DNA of 64,000 nucleotides from Patescibacteria group bacterium (GTDB lineage Bacteria; Patescibacteriota; Gracilibacteria; BD1-5; UBA6164). A program made the position numbers and the translations under genes. How positions within the stretch are numbered: position 1 is the first letter of the stretch; every line of letters starts with the position of its first letter. The notes under the pieces are model-generated. The model was not told where the DNA came from and made no database searches. It saw nothing but the letters and a program-made list of their open reading frames with translations. This document shows, one piece after another, positions 22,839-35,020 of this stretch. The stretch is taken from contig JAUCCN010000002.1 in the NCBI GenBank assembly GCA_034676185.1, forward strand, positions 5,536-69,535, written 5' to 3'.

Positions 22839-25256
22839 TTAAATAATTATTTGAACTCATATATTTTCTCAAATAGTAAAAGTTGTTTTTTTAGATCTAG
22901 AAATTGATATTATTTCATTTAAATATCAATCTAATATTTTTATATCTTCTGAAGACCCTGAGATAATTATTTCAGAACTTTCTTGCCCATATTTTATTGA
23001 ATTTTCAGTTTTATATTTTCTGATTAATGTAACTATTTGAAATAATTTTTCTATGTTTCATTCATTTTCTAAAGGTTTTTGTCATAAAGGAAAAGAATGA
23101 TTATGAATACTTAATTCCTCATTAAATTGTTTAAAATAATTTTGGTAAATTTCTTCAGAAATATGTGGCAAAATAGGAGCAATTAATTTTATTATATTTA
23201 ATAATGCTGTGTATAAAGCATATTGAGAAGATTTTTTCAATCTTTCGCCATTTTCAAATTTTTCAGGATTTAATATTTTTCATTTTACAATTTCTAAATA
23301 ATTATCACAAAAATCGTTCCAGAAAAATTTTTCAAATTCAATTACTGCAAGGCCTACATTAAATGATTCAAAAGATACTTTCATTTTTTCTCAAACGGAG
23401 ATTGATTTATCTATAATCCATTTATCAATAGTTTCTAATTGAGAAATATCATATTCATCTTTCGGGTTAAAATCTCATAAATTTAAAATTGCATATCTAG
23501 AAGCATTCCATAATTTTGTAACTAATTTTTGTCATTTTTTTATTTCTTGATCATCAAATACTATATCTTTTCATAAACTTCATCAACAAGCCCAATATCT
23601 AACTGGATCAGCTCAATATTTATTTATTAATTCTTCAGGAGTAGTTCAAGCATTTGCTTTTGATTTACTAATTTTTTCTCATTTTCAAGCTAAAACATGT
23701 CATGAAATCATAATTTCTTCAAATGGTATTGTTCAAGTATGATAATAACTCATTATTATTGTATATAGTGTCCAAGTTCTAATAATATCATGAGCTTGAG
23801 GTCTTAAACTCATTGGAATTATTTTTTCTTTTAATATATTTTTATTATTTAAAAATCCTGAGTTTATAAGTGGGGTTAAACTACTAGTTGCCCAAGTATC
23901 TAAAACATCTAGTTCTGGATATATATCTTGAATAGTATGTCATTCTGGTAATTTTTCAGGATAATCTTTTAATGGATTTATTGGTAATTGATGTGGTTCA
24001 GGGAGGATAATTTCTCAAGTTTTTTTACTATACCAAATAGGTATTGGTATTCAGAAATATCTTTGCCTTGATATACACCAATCCCATTTTAAATTTTCAA
24101 CCCATTCTATATATCTTTTCTTCATATGAGGAGGATTCCATTTAATCCTTTCTCATGCCTCTAGTAGTTCATTTCTAATTTCAATAGTTTTTATAAACCA
24201 TTGTTTAACGGTAAGTATTTCTGTTGGAGTTCAACATCTTTCATGAGTTCATACATCATGTTTTATGCTTTTAGAACTCAATAATTTATTCATTCAAGAT
24301 AACTTTTCAACTATAACTTTTCTAGCTTTTTTATAAAAAAGTCATTCTAGTTCTATATCTCAAGTATTGCTCATTTTTCAAGATTTATCTAAAATTATTT
24401 GTTCATCTAAAGAATATTTTTTAACCCAATACATATCAGTTTCATCTCAATATGTACAACACATAACAACTCAACTTCATTTTTCTATATCAACTTTATC
24501 ATCTCAAATAATTTTTACTACTTTTCAAAATGGTGTCACAATATCTTCTCAAATTAGATTTACATATCTAGAATCATTTGGATTCACAAAGACAGCTACA
24601 CAAGCTGGCATTAATTCAGGTCTTGTAGTTGAGATAGTTATAGATTCTCAACTTAATAAATTAAATTCTATATCATAGAAAAAACTATCTAATTCTTTTT
24701 TTTCAATTTCAGCTTGTGCAACTGCAGTTTGACATTCAGGACACCATAAGGCAGGAGCTTCTTTATTATATACAGCTCAACTATTTATAAGATTTAAAAA
24801 TGATGTTTGAGATGTTTTTTGAACTTCAGGGGAAATTGTAGAATATGATAAATCCCAATCTACTGAAAATCACATAGAAATCCATAATTTTTTAAATTTT
24901 TCTCTGTATTCTTTAGTTATTTTTAAACATTCTTTATTAAATTCTTCTCTAGATAATTCACTTCATTTTTTTCATATTTCTTTTTCTACTAACCTTTCTG
25001 TTGGTAATCAATTATCATCAAAACCGAATGGGTAAAATAACACGTATCATATCATTTTTTTAAATCTGGCAACAACTTCAGCTTGAGTATAAGAAAATAT
25101 ATGTCATATATGTATTTTACCAGAAACTGTTGGAGGGGGAGTATCAATAGAGTAAATGGGCTTATTAGTAGTTTTATCAAATTTATTTACTCAATTTGTT
25201 TGCCACATTTGCTGTAACTCTCATTCTCTAGTGGAAATATTATATTTATCTTGCAT
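22839..25256 (-). CDS. valS: Valine--tRNA ligase (archaeal/actinobacterial-like short type), 805 aa
   Basis: [16 protein letters not shown] (HIGH), [37 protein letters not shown] and KISKSK (KMSKS). Confidence 0.85.
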
Positions 25257-25454
25257 ATTTTATTATAAAAAAATAAGGTTTAATAATAAATATTTTTTAT
25301 AAAAAGTCAATTTTTTGTATTTTTTAGTTTTCAATATTATTTCTAAAATAAAACCATATGTTCGAACTTTTATAAACAAATAAAAAGTGCCTCAGCTAAG
25401 CTAAAAGCATCTTTTAATTTCTTTAAAAACATCGATTTTTCACAAAATCTATTA

Positions 25455-25529
25455 TGGTTCGGGATATAGGATTCGAACCTATGATGAGAGATTCAGAGTC
25501 TCTAGCCTTACCACTTGGCGAATCCCGAA
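25455..25529 (-). tRNA. tRNA-Gln (anticodon CUG), CCA encoded
   Basis: 75-nt cloverleaf TTCGGGA..GCCAAGTGGTAAGGC..AGAGA-CTCTGAA-TCTCT..TAGGTTCGAATCCTA..TCCCGAACCA. It closely parallels E. coli tRNA-Gln. Confidence 0.85.
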
Positions 25530-25539
25530 TAAAACTATA

Positions 25540-26079
25540 CTAAAGAGTATAGTATTTGTTATAAAATGCTGGAATAGCACTGAGAAATGCAAGCAGAAAT
25601 TGTTCTTTTCTGGTAAGCATATCATCACTCCAAGCTCAAAAAGCTCAATTTTTTTTACTTGCATTTTCTACACCAGTTACTTTTTCAAGAATAATTCATA
25701 AATCTTCTTTATGTGTATAGAGTTTTTTATCAAAATATTGAGGAACCTCCATTAGATTTGAAAAACCAAAATGTCAATTTCCATTTTTATCAAGTATATA
25801 AACCACTCCAAATAAATATGCTTTTTCTCATATTCTTGTTGTTCCACCTTCCATTCCAATATAAAAATCTCAATTACTTATTTCTTTTTTCGCATTGAAC
25901 GCTCTATTTTTTGCTCCAGTCATATTTTCTTCAATACTTAAAGGCATATCACTAATTTCAGAGCTTACATTTAGAGGAATAATTTCAATATTTTCTCCTA
26001 CAAAATAAATACATTTTTTAGTTGCTTCTTCTATTGCAGCAATTTTGGGAGGAGATTGAGTTCAAATAATTATTTTCAT
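25540..26079 (-). CDS. yjjX: Inosine/xanthosine triphosphatase (YjjX/DUF84 NTPase), 179 aa
   Basis: MKIIIGTQSPPKIAAI...TGAKNRAFNA...DFYIGMEGG...NGAFGAGSDDMLTR. The stop is TAG. Confidence 0.65.
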
Positions 26080-26160
26080 ATTTTTTATTACTAAGAAATA
26101 TTTTTGCTATTTTACACAAAATAGAATATAATCAAGATAATTATTATTTTATATTTTTTT

Positions 26161-26865
26161 ATGGTAGATACTATACAATCCCATCAATCAGAAATAATCG
26201 TTCCTGAAGTTGATATGGTGTTACAAGATTTTTTGTTGCTTCAAAAAAGATATCCAGTTATTGCAATAACCGGTCCAGCATGAGTAGGAAAAAGTACTAT
26301 TACTCGTGAATTAGCACAATATTTATGAGCAGTAACTTTTACAGAACTTCCAGAAAATAATCCTTTTTTACAAGTATTAAAAGCAACTTCTTGAAAAGTA
26401 AATGATGTGACTTTATGGACGAATAATCAAAATTATTTTCTTGCTACCGATGTAGCAGAAATTACAAAAGCATTTATTCAAGCGAAAAATTTGCCAATAG
26501 TTTTTGATTTTGCTTTGACTCAACCATTTATTTTTTCTGATATAAATCTAAAATGAACCTATCTTCAAGCTTTTAATGAAATGTATAGATTACAATTTGC
26601 CTCGCTTCCAAAACCTGATATTGTCATTGAAGTGGGAGCTGAGGATGAAACTATTATTCAAAGATTACAATCAAGATGAAAGCATATTGATGAATTTGTG
26701 ATAAAAATGGTGGAAAAAATAAATGGATATTACAAATCCTGAATTGTTCAAGAAAATTATGAGTGAAAGGAAACAAAAGTAATTTATTTTGATAATGGAA
26801 CTCAATTATGAAATCCTTCTCAAATAAGAGAAAAAGTAATTCAAACGCTTGGAAAATTAATATAA
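26161..26865 (+). CDS. Deoxynucleoside kinase family protein, 234 aa
   Basis: P-loop ITGPAGVGKSTITRELA, plus ELPENNPFL and a dNK-like layout. Confidence 0.6.
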
Positions 26866-26893
26866 AAAAACACTTGAAATCAAGTGTTTTTTT
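26864..26893. terminator. bidirectional terminator (dNK gene / rplL)
   Basis: AAAAAAACACTTGAAATCAAGTGTTTTTTT. Confidence 0.65.
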
Positions 26894-26903
26894 ATATTGA
26901 TAA

Positions 26904-27278
26904 TTATTTAACTTCAACAGTAGCTCCTTCAGCTTCTAATTTAGTTTTAATATCATTTGCATCATCTTTAGATACATTTTCTTTAATTACTCATCCTGCA
27001 TCAGCTAAATCTTTAGCTTCTTTTAATCCAAGACCAGTTAATTCTCTAATAACTTTAATAACAGCGATTTTACTTCCTCCTGCTGATTTTAATTCAACAT
27101 TAAATGAAGTTTTTTCTTCAGCTTCAGCAGCTCCTCCAGCAGCAGCAACCATAACTGGTGCAGCAGCAGAAACTCCGAATTCTTCTTCCATAGCTTTTAC
27201 TAAATCATTTAATTCAACGATTGTTAATTCTTTAACTAAATCTAAAATTTTAGTTGCATTAGCACTTAATTCTGCCAT
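26904..27278 (-). CDS. rplL: 50S ribosomal protein L7/L12, 124 aa
   Basis: The track ORF 26991-27278 is extended through one TGA: ...[40 protein letters not shown]. Confidence 0.95.
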
Positions 27279-27377
27279 AATAAAAAATTTAAAAAATAAA
27301 AAATATGATTTGCGATTCTAACTATTAATAGCTAGTTACTAGCTTGGATTGCTCCAAACTAGAATACTAAGTATTAA

Positions 27378-27971
27378 TTAAGCTTGAGTTTCTTCAGATG
27401 GAGTTTCAGAAGCAGTTTCTTTTTTTCCTTCTAATTCACCAACCTTAGATTTTCCTTGAGCTTCAACTTCTTTAGCAGCAGCATCAAAGAATCTTGCCAT
27501 ACCTGAAAGAGGAGACATCATTGATCCAACCAATCTTGAAAGAAGAGTTTCTCTTGAAGGCATAGAAGCAATCACTTTTGTTTCTTCAAGACCATTCACT
27601 TGTCCTTCAAAAATAGAAGCAACCCAACTAATTTTTTGAACTTGAACTTTTTTGTTATATGCTTTTGTAATGTAAGCATTTGCTTTACTTAATCATGCAA
27701 CTGCATCATCATTTGAACAAATTACTCATACTTGTCCTGGTAATAGATTTAAATCTAAATCTATTCCTAAAGCTTCTTTTACAGCAATTCTCACTAAAGT
27801 TTTTTTAGCTAAGTTGTAAGAAGTATTTACTGTTCTTAAATCAGCTCTTAAATCTGAAAATTCAGAAACAGTAAGTCCATTTGTTTGAGCAAATCCGATA
27901 GATTTTGCATTTTTAATATTTTCAATTAAAGTTGAAAGTATTTCACTTTTTTTAGCTCTTGATACAGCCAT
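27378..27971 (-). CDS. rplJ: 50S ribosomal protein L10, 197 aa (acidic C-terminal extension)
   Basis: MAVSRAKKSEILSTLIENIKNAKSIGFAQTNGLTVSEFSDLRADLR... It is joined to ORF 27378-27599 through TGA. The upstream extension of the track ORF (to 28163) is rejected. Confidence 0.9.
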
Positions 27972-28197
27972 AGTATAAAAATTAATAAATATTAAGCTTT
28001 CTAGGAATAAAAAAATCTTTTTACCCAAAGATAAAAAGATAGTATTTTGTGTCATTATAAATGTCTTCAAAATTTCTTTTTTATCTCGGTTGGTCTTAGC
28101 TTGTTGCCAACTGTCTTTGATATAGAAAGTAGTTTGATTATATAGAAAAAAAATTAAAGTCAAATTTTTTGCAAAAAAATAATCTGATATAATCAGA

Positions 28198-28416
28198 CTA
28201 TTTTTTCAATGTTTCAGTTTTTTTCATTCTAGCGTAGAATTTATCAACTGCACCAGTTTTAAGGATTCTTTGTTCTCCAGTGTAGAATGGATGACAATTT
28301 GAACAGATTTCAACTCTTATTTCATCATCTTTTAATGTAGAATTTACTTCAACTACATTTCCACAAGAACAGATATATTTAACTTTTTTTGAAGCTGGAT
28401 GTATTCCTGTTTTCAT
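28198..28416 (-). CDS. rpmE: 50S ribosomal protein L31, 72 aa
   Basis: MKTGIHPASKKVKYICSCGNVVEVNSTL...CSNCHPFYTG. Confidence 0.95.
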   Translation of the reverse strand: MKTGIHPASKKVKYICSCGNVVEVNSTLKDDEIRVEICSNCHPFYTGEQRILKTGAVDKFYARMKKTETLKK

Positions 28417-28473
28417 AATAAATTTGTTGTTTACTTGTCCGCTTGATACGGATCAAAATATAAAATATTGGAT

Positions 28474-28557
28474 TGGTGCCGGAAGAGAGACTTGAACTCT
28501 CACGCGATTAAGCACTGGCTTCTAAGACCAGCATGTCTACCATTTCATCATCCCGGC
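28474..28557 (-). tRNA. tRNA-Leu (anticodon UAG), long variable arm, CCA encoded
   Basis: GCCGGGA...CTGGT-CTTAGAA-GCCAG...GAGAGTTCAAGTCTCTC-TTCCGGC-ACCA. Confidence 0.85.
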
Positions 28558-28626
28558 ATATACACTTAAATGTGAAACTTTAAATGCTAAAATTTATTTA
28601 ACACTTAATATTTCACATTTTTAGAA

Positions 28627-28711
28627 TGGTGGGCCGAGTAAGATTTGAACTTACGAAGGCATAGCCAGCGGATTTACAGTCCGCCCCATTTGACCGCTCT
28701 GGAATCGACCC
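28627..28711 (-). tRNA. tRNA-Tyr (anticodon GUA), long variable arm, CCA encoded
   Basis: GGGTCGA...GCGGA-CTGTAAA-TCCGC...GTAAGTTCAAATCTTAC-TCGGCCC-ACCA. Confidence 0.85.
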
Positions 28712-28785
28712 TTGTATATAAAAAATAGAAAATAAAAATTTATTACAATTGAAATAGTTTCTATTTTCTGTTTATCTTAAAAAGA

Positions 28786-28861
28786 TGGAGCCAATAATCG
28801 GAATTGAACCGATGACCGTTCGCTTACAAGGCGAATGCTCTACCAACTGAGCTATATTGGC
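28786..28861 (-). tRNA. tRNA-Thr (anticodon UGU), CCA encoded
   Basis: GCCAATATAGCTCAGTTGGTAGAGC-ATTCGC-CTTGTAA-GCGAA...ATCGGTTCAATTCCGAT-TATTGGC-TCCA. Confidence 0.9.
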
Positions 28862-29040
28862 TTTTTTCTATACTTCCTATTGAAGCGAGACATATATTAT
28901 GAAAAATATTGATTCTGTCAAAGTTTTTTTTGAAAAAAGTTTATTTTTATTTATTTTTAGCTGTAATGAGCAATATAATAATAATTTTGAGATTTTTTAT
29001 TTCTTATTATTATATAAAAAATATTGTTAAATTATTAAAT

Positions 29041-29952
29041 ATGAATTACAAAAATCAAATAGATTTATTTTTACAAAATAACATTTCTCAAAAAAAAATT
29101 ATAGTAGTATATGGACCAACTGCATGTGGAAAAACTGGACTTGGAATTGAAATTGCAAAATATCTAAATTCAGAAATTATTTCTACTGATTCAAGACAAA
29201 TTTTTAAATATTTAGATATTTGAACTGGAAAAGTTACTGCTCAGGAAATGCAAAATATTCCACATTATATAATTGATATTATTTTTCCTGATACTCAATA
29301 TAGTGTGTGAGAATTTAAAAAAGAAGCCGAAAGACTTATTTCAGAGATTCATTCAAAATGAAAAATTCCTATTTTAGTTGGCTGAACAGGCCTTTATATT
29401 GATAGTGTTATATATGATTTTGATATTCCAGAAGTGCCAGCAGATGAAAATTTAAGAAAAAATTTAGAAAATGAGGCTGCACAATTTTGAACGGAATTTG
29501 TATACGAAAAGCTCAAAAAAATTGATAGTGAATATGCTCAGGAAGTGCATCCAAATAATCTGAATTATGTGATTCGTGGTATAGAAGTAAAAATGCTTAC
29601 GGGAAAATCTAAAAAAGATTTTCAAACAGAAAAAAAATTTAAATATGATACATTTCTCATAACTCCATACGATGGAAATAGAGAAAAATTATATGAAAAA
29701 ATAAATTTTAGAGTGTGAAAAATGTTTGAAGATGGTCTTATTGATGAAGTAAAAAATATTTTAAAAATGTGATATAAAAAAACTGATTTTTGACTTAAAA
29801 CAATCGGATATCAAGAATCAATTGTATACTTAGAATGAAAATATACTCTTGAAGAATTGATTAGAAAAGTTCAACAATGAAATAGAAATTATGCGAAAAG
29901 ACAAATCACTTGGTTTAGAAAGTATAATAATCAAATTTGTTTTGATAAATAA
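29041..29952 (+). CDS. miaA: tRNA dimethylallyltransferase MiaA, 303 aa
   Basis: [21 protein letters not shown]...[19 protein letters not shown]...PILVGGTGLYI. The start is placed at the ATG at 29041 because the upstream part of track ORF 28909 is hydrophobic junk. Confidence 0.85.
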
Positions 29953-30085
29953 AAGAATTTAAATTATATGATTTATTATTATAGAATTTTAAAATATCAT
30001 TATAGCAAGATAAATGAAAAAATATAAAAAATCATATAAATACTTCATCATAAAAATATAATTATTAAAAGTCAAATACAATTTA

Positions 30086-30114
30086 TTGGCAAAAAATATT
30101 TTATATGGTATTAT
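30086..30114 (+). promoter_or_regulatory. sigma70-like promoter of pilB
   Basis: TTGGCA, a 17-nt spacer, then an extended -10 TGgTATTAT. Confidence 0.4.
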
Positions 30115-30162
30115 TATTTTAGATTACTTTTTAATAATAAAAACGTGTCTAAAATAACAGAA

Positions 30163-31485
30163 ATGATAGGGAATTTAACAAAAAAATCTGAAAATAAAAA
30201 ATTATCAAGCTCTTGAGTAGATGACTTATTTTCTGTGTCTGGGGGTGTTTCAGTATGACTCAAATGATCACATCTTTCTATGAATCAAATACAAAAAGAA
30301 GATGATGAAAATATTATTTCTTTTGTAAATGATTTATTTTTAAGCGCGATACAAAAATCAGCTTCTGATATCCATATTGAACCCAGCGATAGAGAAATAA
30401 GAATTCGCTTGAGAATTGATGGTAATTTTATTAATTATAAAAGTTTAGAACTCAAAAAAGCAAATTCTCTTATTGCCAGAATAAAAATTATGGCATATCT
30501 TAGAATTGATGAGCAAAGATTACCTCAAGATGGAAAAATTAATTTTAATCTTTTTTGAGGAAAAAGTATAGACTTAAGAATATCTGTTTTACCTAATATT
30601 TATGGAGAAAAGGTGGTAGTGAGAATTCTTAAAAAAGAAGAAAAACCAGGGGAATTAAAGAATCTTTGAATTTTACCTTATAATATGGTGAAAATAAAAA
30701 AACATCTTTCTGATACTCATGGAATGATTTTAGCTGTTTGACCAACTTGAAGTTGAAAATCAACCACTCTTTTTTCTCTATTAACTCAATTTGATGCTGA
30801 AAAAAACAATATTTCAACATTAGAAGATCCAGTAGAATACAGAATTCCTGGAGTCAATCATACTCAAATCAATCCTGCCATTTGATTTAATTTTGCTGAT
30901 GGACTTAGAGCATTACTCAGACAAGATCCAGATATTATTATGGTATGAGAAATTAGAGATGAGGAAACAGCAAAACTTGCAATAGAGGCATCAATTACAG
31001 GACATTTAGTATTTTCAACTCTACATACTAATTCTGCGGTTCATACTCTATCAAGATTAGTAAATTTATGAGTTGACCCACTTTTGCTTTCTTCAAGTTT
31101 AAGGATGATTATCTCTCAAAGACTGGTGAGAAAGCTTTGTTCGAAATGTAGAGAAAAATATAAACCTGATGAAAAAGTAAAAAATATACTCGTTGGAAAG
31201 GTAGGGAAATTTATGAAAAATAAGGAAGAAATATTTTTATATACAGCAAAAGATTGAGGATGTGCATATTGTAATCATACTGGATATAAATGAAGACTTT
31301 GAATTTATGAAGTATTAGAAATGAATGAAAAAATAGAACAACTTCTTCTTCAAAATGCTTCTCGTACACAACTTGAAATTCAAGCAATTTGAGATGGAAT
31401 GGTAACTATAAAAGAGGATGCATTTCTAAAAGTAGTAATGGGGGATACATCGGTAGAAGAAGTACTTAGTGTGCTTTGAAATTAA
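30163..31485 (+). CDS. pilB: Type IV pilus assembly ATPase PilB/GspE family (short form lacking the long N-terminal domain), ~440 aa
   Basis: ASDIHIEP. Walker [12 protein letters not shown] at 30736-30768, where all three Gly are TGA. Also [33 protein letters not shown] and the tetracysteine CSKC...CAYC. The start is uncertain (ATG at 30163 or GTG at 30145). Confidence 0.85.
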
Positions 31486-31568
31486 AGAGATAAAATGAAA
31501 GAAAAATTTGTATTTTTTCTAAAAATCTGCTATAATAGTAAAGATATATTTTTTAATAGTCGTCTAAA

Positions 31569-31862
31569 ATGAATGTACTTTTGGAAACACTCCTTGAAAA
31601 TGCTTTGCTTACGGATAAAGATCGATATGAAATAAGGCAAATTTTTCAACTCGTAGATGAGAAAAAAAAGCAAAATATTTTAAATAATTTTGAGAGAATT
31701 CTCTCTAGCATTGCACAAATAAAAATTGAAATGAGAGAACAGCAAGAAATTTTACTTGGAAGGGCTATTTCAAATATTGAAAGATCTCTGAAACAAGCAA
31801 GAAATAAATGAATTAAAAATGCTACTACTTCGAGTATACAAAATTTAAAACAAATATTATAA
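31569..31862 (+). CDS. Hypothetical helical protein, 97 aa
   Basis: Track ORF 31569-31811 is extended through one TGA to the TAA at 31860. Confidence 0.5.
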
Positions 31863-31885
31863 TTTATTTTCTAAAACAAAAACAA

Positions 31886-32236
31886 ATGTCTAAAAATAGA
31901 GAAAATAGTTCAAGAAATAGTCCTGAATTATCAAAAAAAATAAATCAAATGCAAACACCAGATTTAGAAGAAAAAATAGATTTTTTAAGAGCATGTTGAG
32001 TAGAAGAACAATATTTAAATATGTTTGCTACTGCTGCGGTTGAAACAACAAATAGATTAGTAGAAGCTTTGTGAGATAATCCGACTCAAGAAGAAGTTGC
32101 TATTGTAAATGGAAATATGGAGTTAGTTAAATTGAGACTAGAACAATATACTACTGCAAGAGTTCGTGAAGTAACGATGCTTTGAGCAAATAATTCCTAT
32201 TCTGCAAATGATGATTTGTATTCAGATGCTGCATAA
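31886..32236 (+). CDS. Hypothetical protein, 116 aa
   Basis: ATG to TAA with three in-frame TGA. There are no recognisable motifs. Confidence 0.45.
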
Positions 32237-32265
32237 AAAAAATCTCTTTTTAGAGATTTTTTTCT
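32235..32265. terminator. bidirectional terminator overlapping nth 3' end
   Basis: AAAAAAAATCTCTTTTTAGAGATTTTTTT. Confidence 0.55.
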
Positions 32266-32876
32266 TTGTAAGGACATAAATCAAGTAAAACACAACTTTT
32301 ACATTTTGGATTTTTTGCAGTACAATAATATCTTCCAAAAAGTATTAAAGTATGATGAAGACGAGCAAGGTCTTCTTTTTTGAGTTTTTTTTCTGCGATC
32401 TTATCAGTTTCTAAAGGAGTTTTTGTTTTTACAATACCAAGACGATTCAGCACTCTATGTACATGTGTATCAACTGCAAGATAAGGTTCATTTTTTGCTA
32501 CAGAAAGCCAAACTTTAGCTGTTTTTACTCCAACTCAAGGCAATTTTTGTAATTCAATAAGATTTTCAGGAATTTTTTGTGAATATTCTTCAGTAAGCAT
32601 TTTGGCAGTGAGAAAAATATTTTTTGCTTTTGAATTATAGAGTCAGATTTTATTTATATTTTCTTTAATTTCATCTTCTCATAACTTGAATAATTCTTCT
32701 GGAGTTGAGAATTTTGTAAAAAATATTTCATTTACTTTATTTACTTGTTTATCTGTAGTTTGAGCAGACATAATAATAGCAATAAGAAGTTGAAAAATAT
32801 TTTTAAATTCTAACTCTGTTTTAGGATTTGGAAAAAGCTCATCAAGTCTTGTGATAGTTTCTTTTAAATTTTTCAT
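32250..32876 (-). CDS. nth: Endonuclease III (Nth), 208 aa
   Basis: Two same-frame track ORFs join. It has the HhH motif LPGVGVKTAKV, VDTHVHRV and the 4Fe-4S motif CTAKNPKCKSCVLLDLC. Confidence 0.9.
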
Positions 32877-32940
32877 TTTTTATTTTGTATTAGAAATATT
32901 TTTTTTATTATATAGAAAAATTTAAATTTTATAAATATTT

Positions 32941-33660
32941 ATGTACAAAAAACCATTTTATATTACAGATTGTGTTTGAAATAATGCACTTTCTTTTTCA
33001 AAAAGAGAAAATAAAAAATTATTTGTTCCAAGTTTGATAGAAATATCTGATTTTTCTCAGATTGAATTATGAGATGAGGTTGTTTTTGAGGATTTTGATT
33101 TTGATAATCATTTAGTTTCAGCAAAATGATTGAAAAATTTTTATAAAATTACTTGGCAAGGGAAAAATATTTATCTTTTTGATAATCATAATCATGCACT
33201 TTATTTTTGGTATTTAGCGAAAAGTGAGGGAATTATTTGAGAAAATAATATTTTATATCATGTGGATGAACATGCGGATACTCGAATTCCTGAGAAAATT
33301 ATTTCATATAACGATACAAAAGATTTACAAAAAATTTTTGATTATACGAATTTTTTAGTAAATGTTTGAAATTATATTGTTCCAGCAGTAGAAAATAATT
33401 TGCTTCAAGAAGTGGTACAAATTAGAAGTGAAAATGATTTATTATCGTATAATTTTGAAAAAAAGGAAACTTTACCAGTTATTTTAAATTTGGATTTAGA
33501 TTTTTTTGAACCAAATTTGGATTATATCGATTATGAACTTAAGAAAAAAGTAGTTTTAGATATTGCAAAAAAAGCAAAAGTTATTACGGTTGCAACAAGT
33601 CCATTTTTTATAGATCAAGAATTGGCATTAAAAGTATTTAAGGATTTATTTTATGAATAA
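32941..33660 (+). CDS. UPF0489-like protein, 239 aa
   Basis: FDNHNHALYFWY...HVDEHADT...LNLDLDFF pattern. The family assignment is from memory and needs an HMM check. Confidence 0.45.
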
Positions 33661-33688
33661 AAAAACTTCCAATTTGGAAGTTTTTTTA
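33660..33688. terminator. bidirectional terminator (UPF0489 gene / dnaN)
   Basis: AAAAAACTTCCAATTTGGAAGTTTTTTT. Confidence 0.65.
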
Positions 33689-34807
33689 TTATATTTTTAA
33701 CGGCATTATGATATGTCTAAATCCATCTTTTTTATTATCTTCAGAAATTCCTGTAATAAGAATTGGAGAAAGTGGAGATTCAAAACTAATGGAAATATGG
33801 CTTGCTTCAATCGCTCATAGAGCTTCAAGTAAATATTCACTATTGAGTCCCACAATGGCTTCTTCTCATTCTACAGATCAAATTAAATGAATTTTTGCTT
33901 CTCAGATTTGAGTTTGAGAAGTTTCAATTAAAATTCCAGTTTCATTTGAAATACTCATTTTTATAGAATAATTGGTTTCTCTTGAAAGAAGATTGATTTT
34001 TTTGAGTCCTGAAATCAAATCAAATTTATTTATAATAGCTCTTGTATTAAAAGAAACAGGGAAAAATCATTCATAATCAGGGAATTTCCCATTTAAAAGT
34101 CTCGAGTAAAATTTTGTATTTCCAAAAATGAAACCAATTTGATTTTCTCAAACAATTACTTTAATCTCAGTTTTTTCTGAAAGTAAGCTTCTGAGTTCAA
34201 ATGCTGTTTTACTTGGGATAATTTGTGAAAAATTTCCTGAAATATTTTCTCCAGTTTCCACTTTATATTCACTCATTCTGAAACTATCGGTAGTAGCAAA
34301 TTTTGCTTCATTTGTTTCAATATTTACAAAAATTCAAGCCAGTGTTGGTCTGATATTTCATTCTGCAGCAGAGAAAAGGGTTTTCTCTATTGATTTTTTG
34401 ATAATTTCTGATTTGAAAGTAAATGTAGAAGTTTCTTTTATAGCAGGAATGAGAGGAAAATCAGAAGCAGGATTTCCTTTAATTTTTATTTTTGAAGTTT
34501 CAGTTTTAATTTCTAAAGAATTATCATTTAAAAGTTCAAGGTGAACATTGTCATCTTCTAAAAGAGTTATATAATTAGTAAAAATTTTTGATGGAATACA
34601 AAAAGATCCCTCATTTTCTATTTTTATATTTTGTGATACAATATGCTCGATTGCCATTTCTAAATTATTGGCTGTAAAAACTATATTTGAAAAATTTACT
34701 TTGATGAGAATATTTTCTAAAATCGGAGTAGTAGAAATATTTGCTGTCGCGTGATTTACTGTATCTAAAGCAGTTTTTAGTGTTAAAGTATCAATTTGAA
34801 ATTTCAT
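33689..34807 (-). CDS. dnaN: DNA polymerase III beta sliding clamp, 372 aa
   Basis: Track ORF 34358-34807 is extended through TGA: ...RPTLAGIFVNIE...ATDSFRMSEYK...KFPDYEGFFP. The length is typical for DnaN. Confidence 0.9.
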
Positions 34808-35020
34808 AAGTTCAAGTTAAAAAATATTTACCTTTCAGTATATGAAAATAACAAAAATGTGCAAAGTTTTTGACTGTTTTTTTGTTAAAAAGTTTTAATA
34901 AAAATTGATAATACTCATATTATATAATTTACTACACTTAATTATATTTTATTTTAAATGCCTATGAACTAACAAAAATTAATTCTTTTTTATAAATTTA
35001 TATTATTAATTTTTATATTT

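Noticed and set aside
25455-25529. Possible UGA-reading or Ser(UGA-anticodon) tRNA, because the string TCTGAAT occurs in the anticodon region.
   Set aside because: The correct 5-bp stem (AGAGA/TCTCT) places CTG as the anticodon. The tRNA has a short variable arm and tRNA-Gln-like D and T arms. No tRNA-Gly(UCA) is present in this window.
26884-27321. 145-aa plus-strand ORF.
   Set aside because: It is antisense to the unmistakable rplL gene and its sequence is low-complexity.
27972-28163. N-terminal extension of rplJ in track ORF 27726-28163.
   Set aside because: The L10 homology begins at MAVSRAKK (ATG at 27971). The upstream part is unconserved leader sequence.
28562-28626. 10-bp inverted repeat (AAATGTGAAA...TTTCACATTT) between tRNA-Leu and tRNA-Tyr.
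   Set aside because: It is probably just a processing stem or chance in AT-rich spacer. There is no support for a distinct feature.
28909-29040. Upstream extension of miaA.
   Set aside because: It is a hydrophobic low-complexity sequence. MiaA homology and the P-loop spacing fit the ATG at 29041.
34808-35020. AT-rich region upstream of dnaN, considered as oriC.
   Set aside because: No TTATCCACA-type DnaA boxes were seen, and dnaA is not adjacent.
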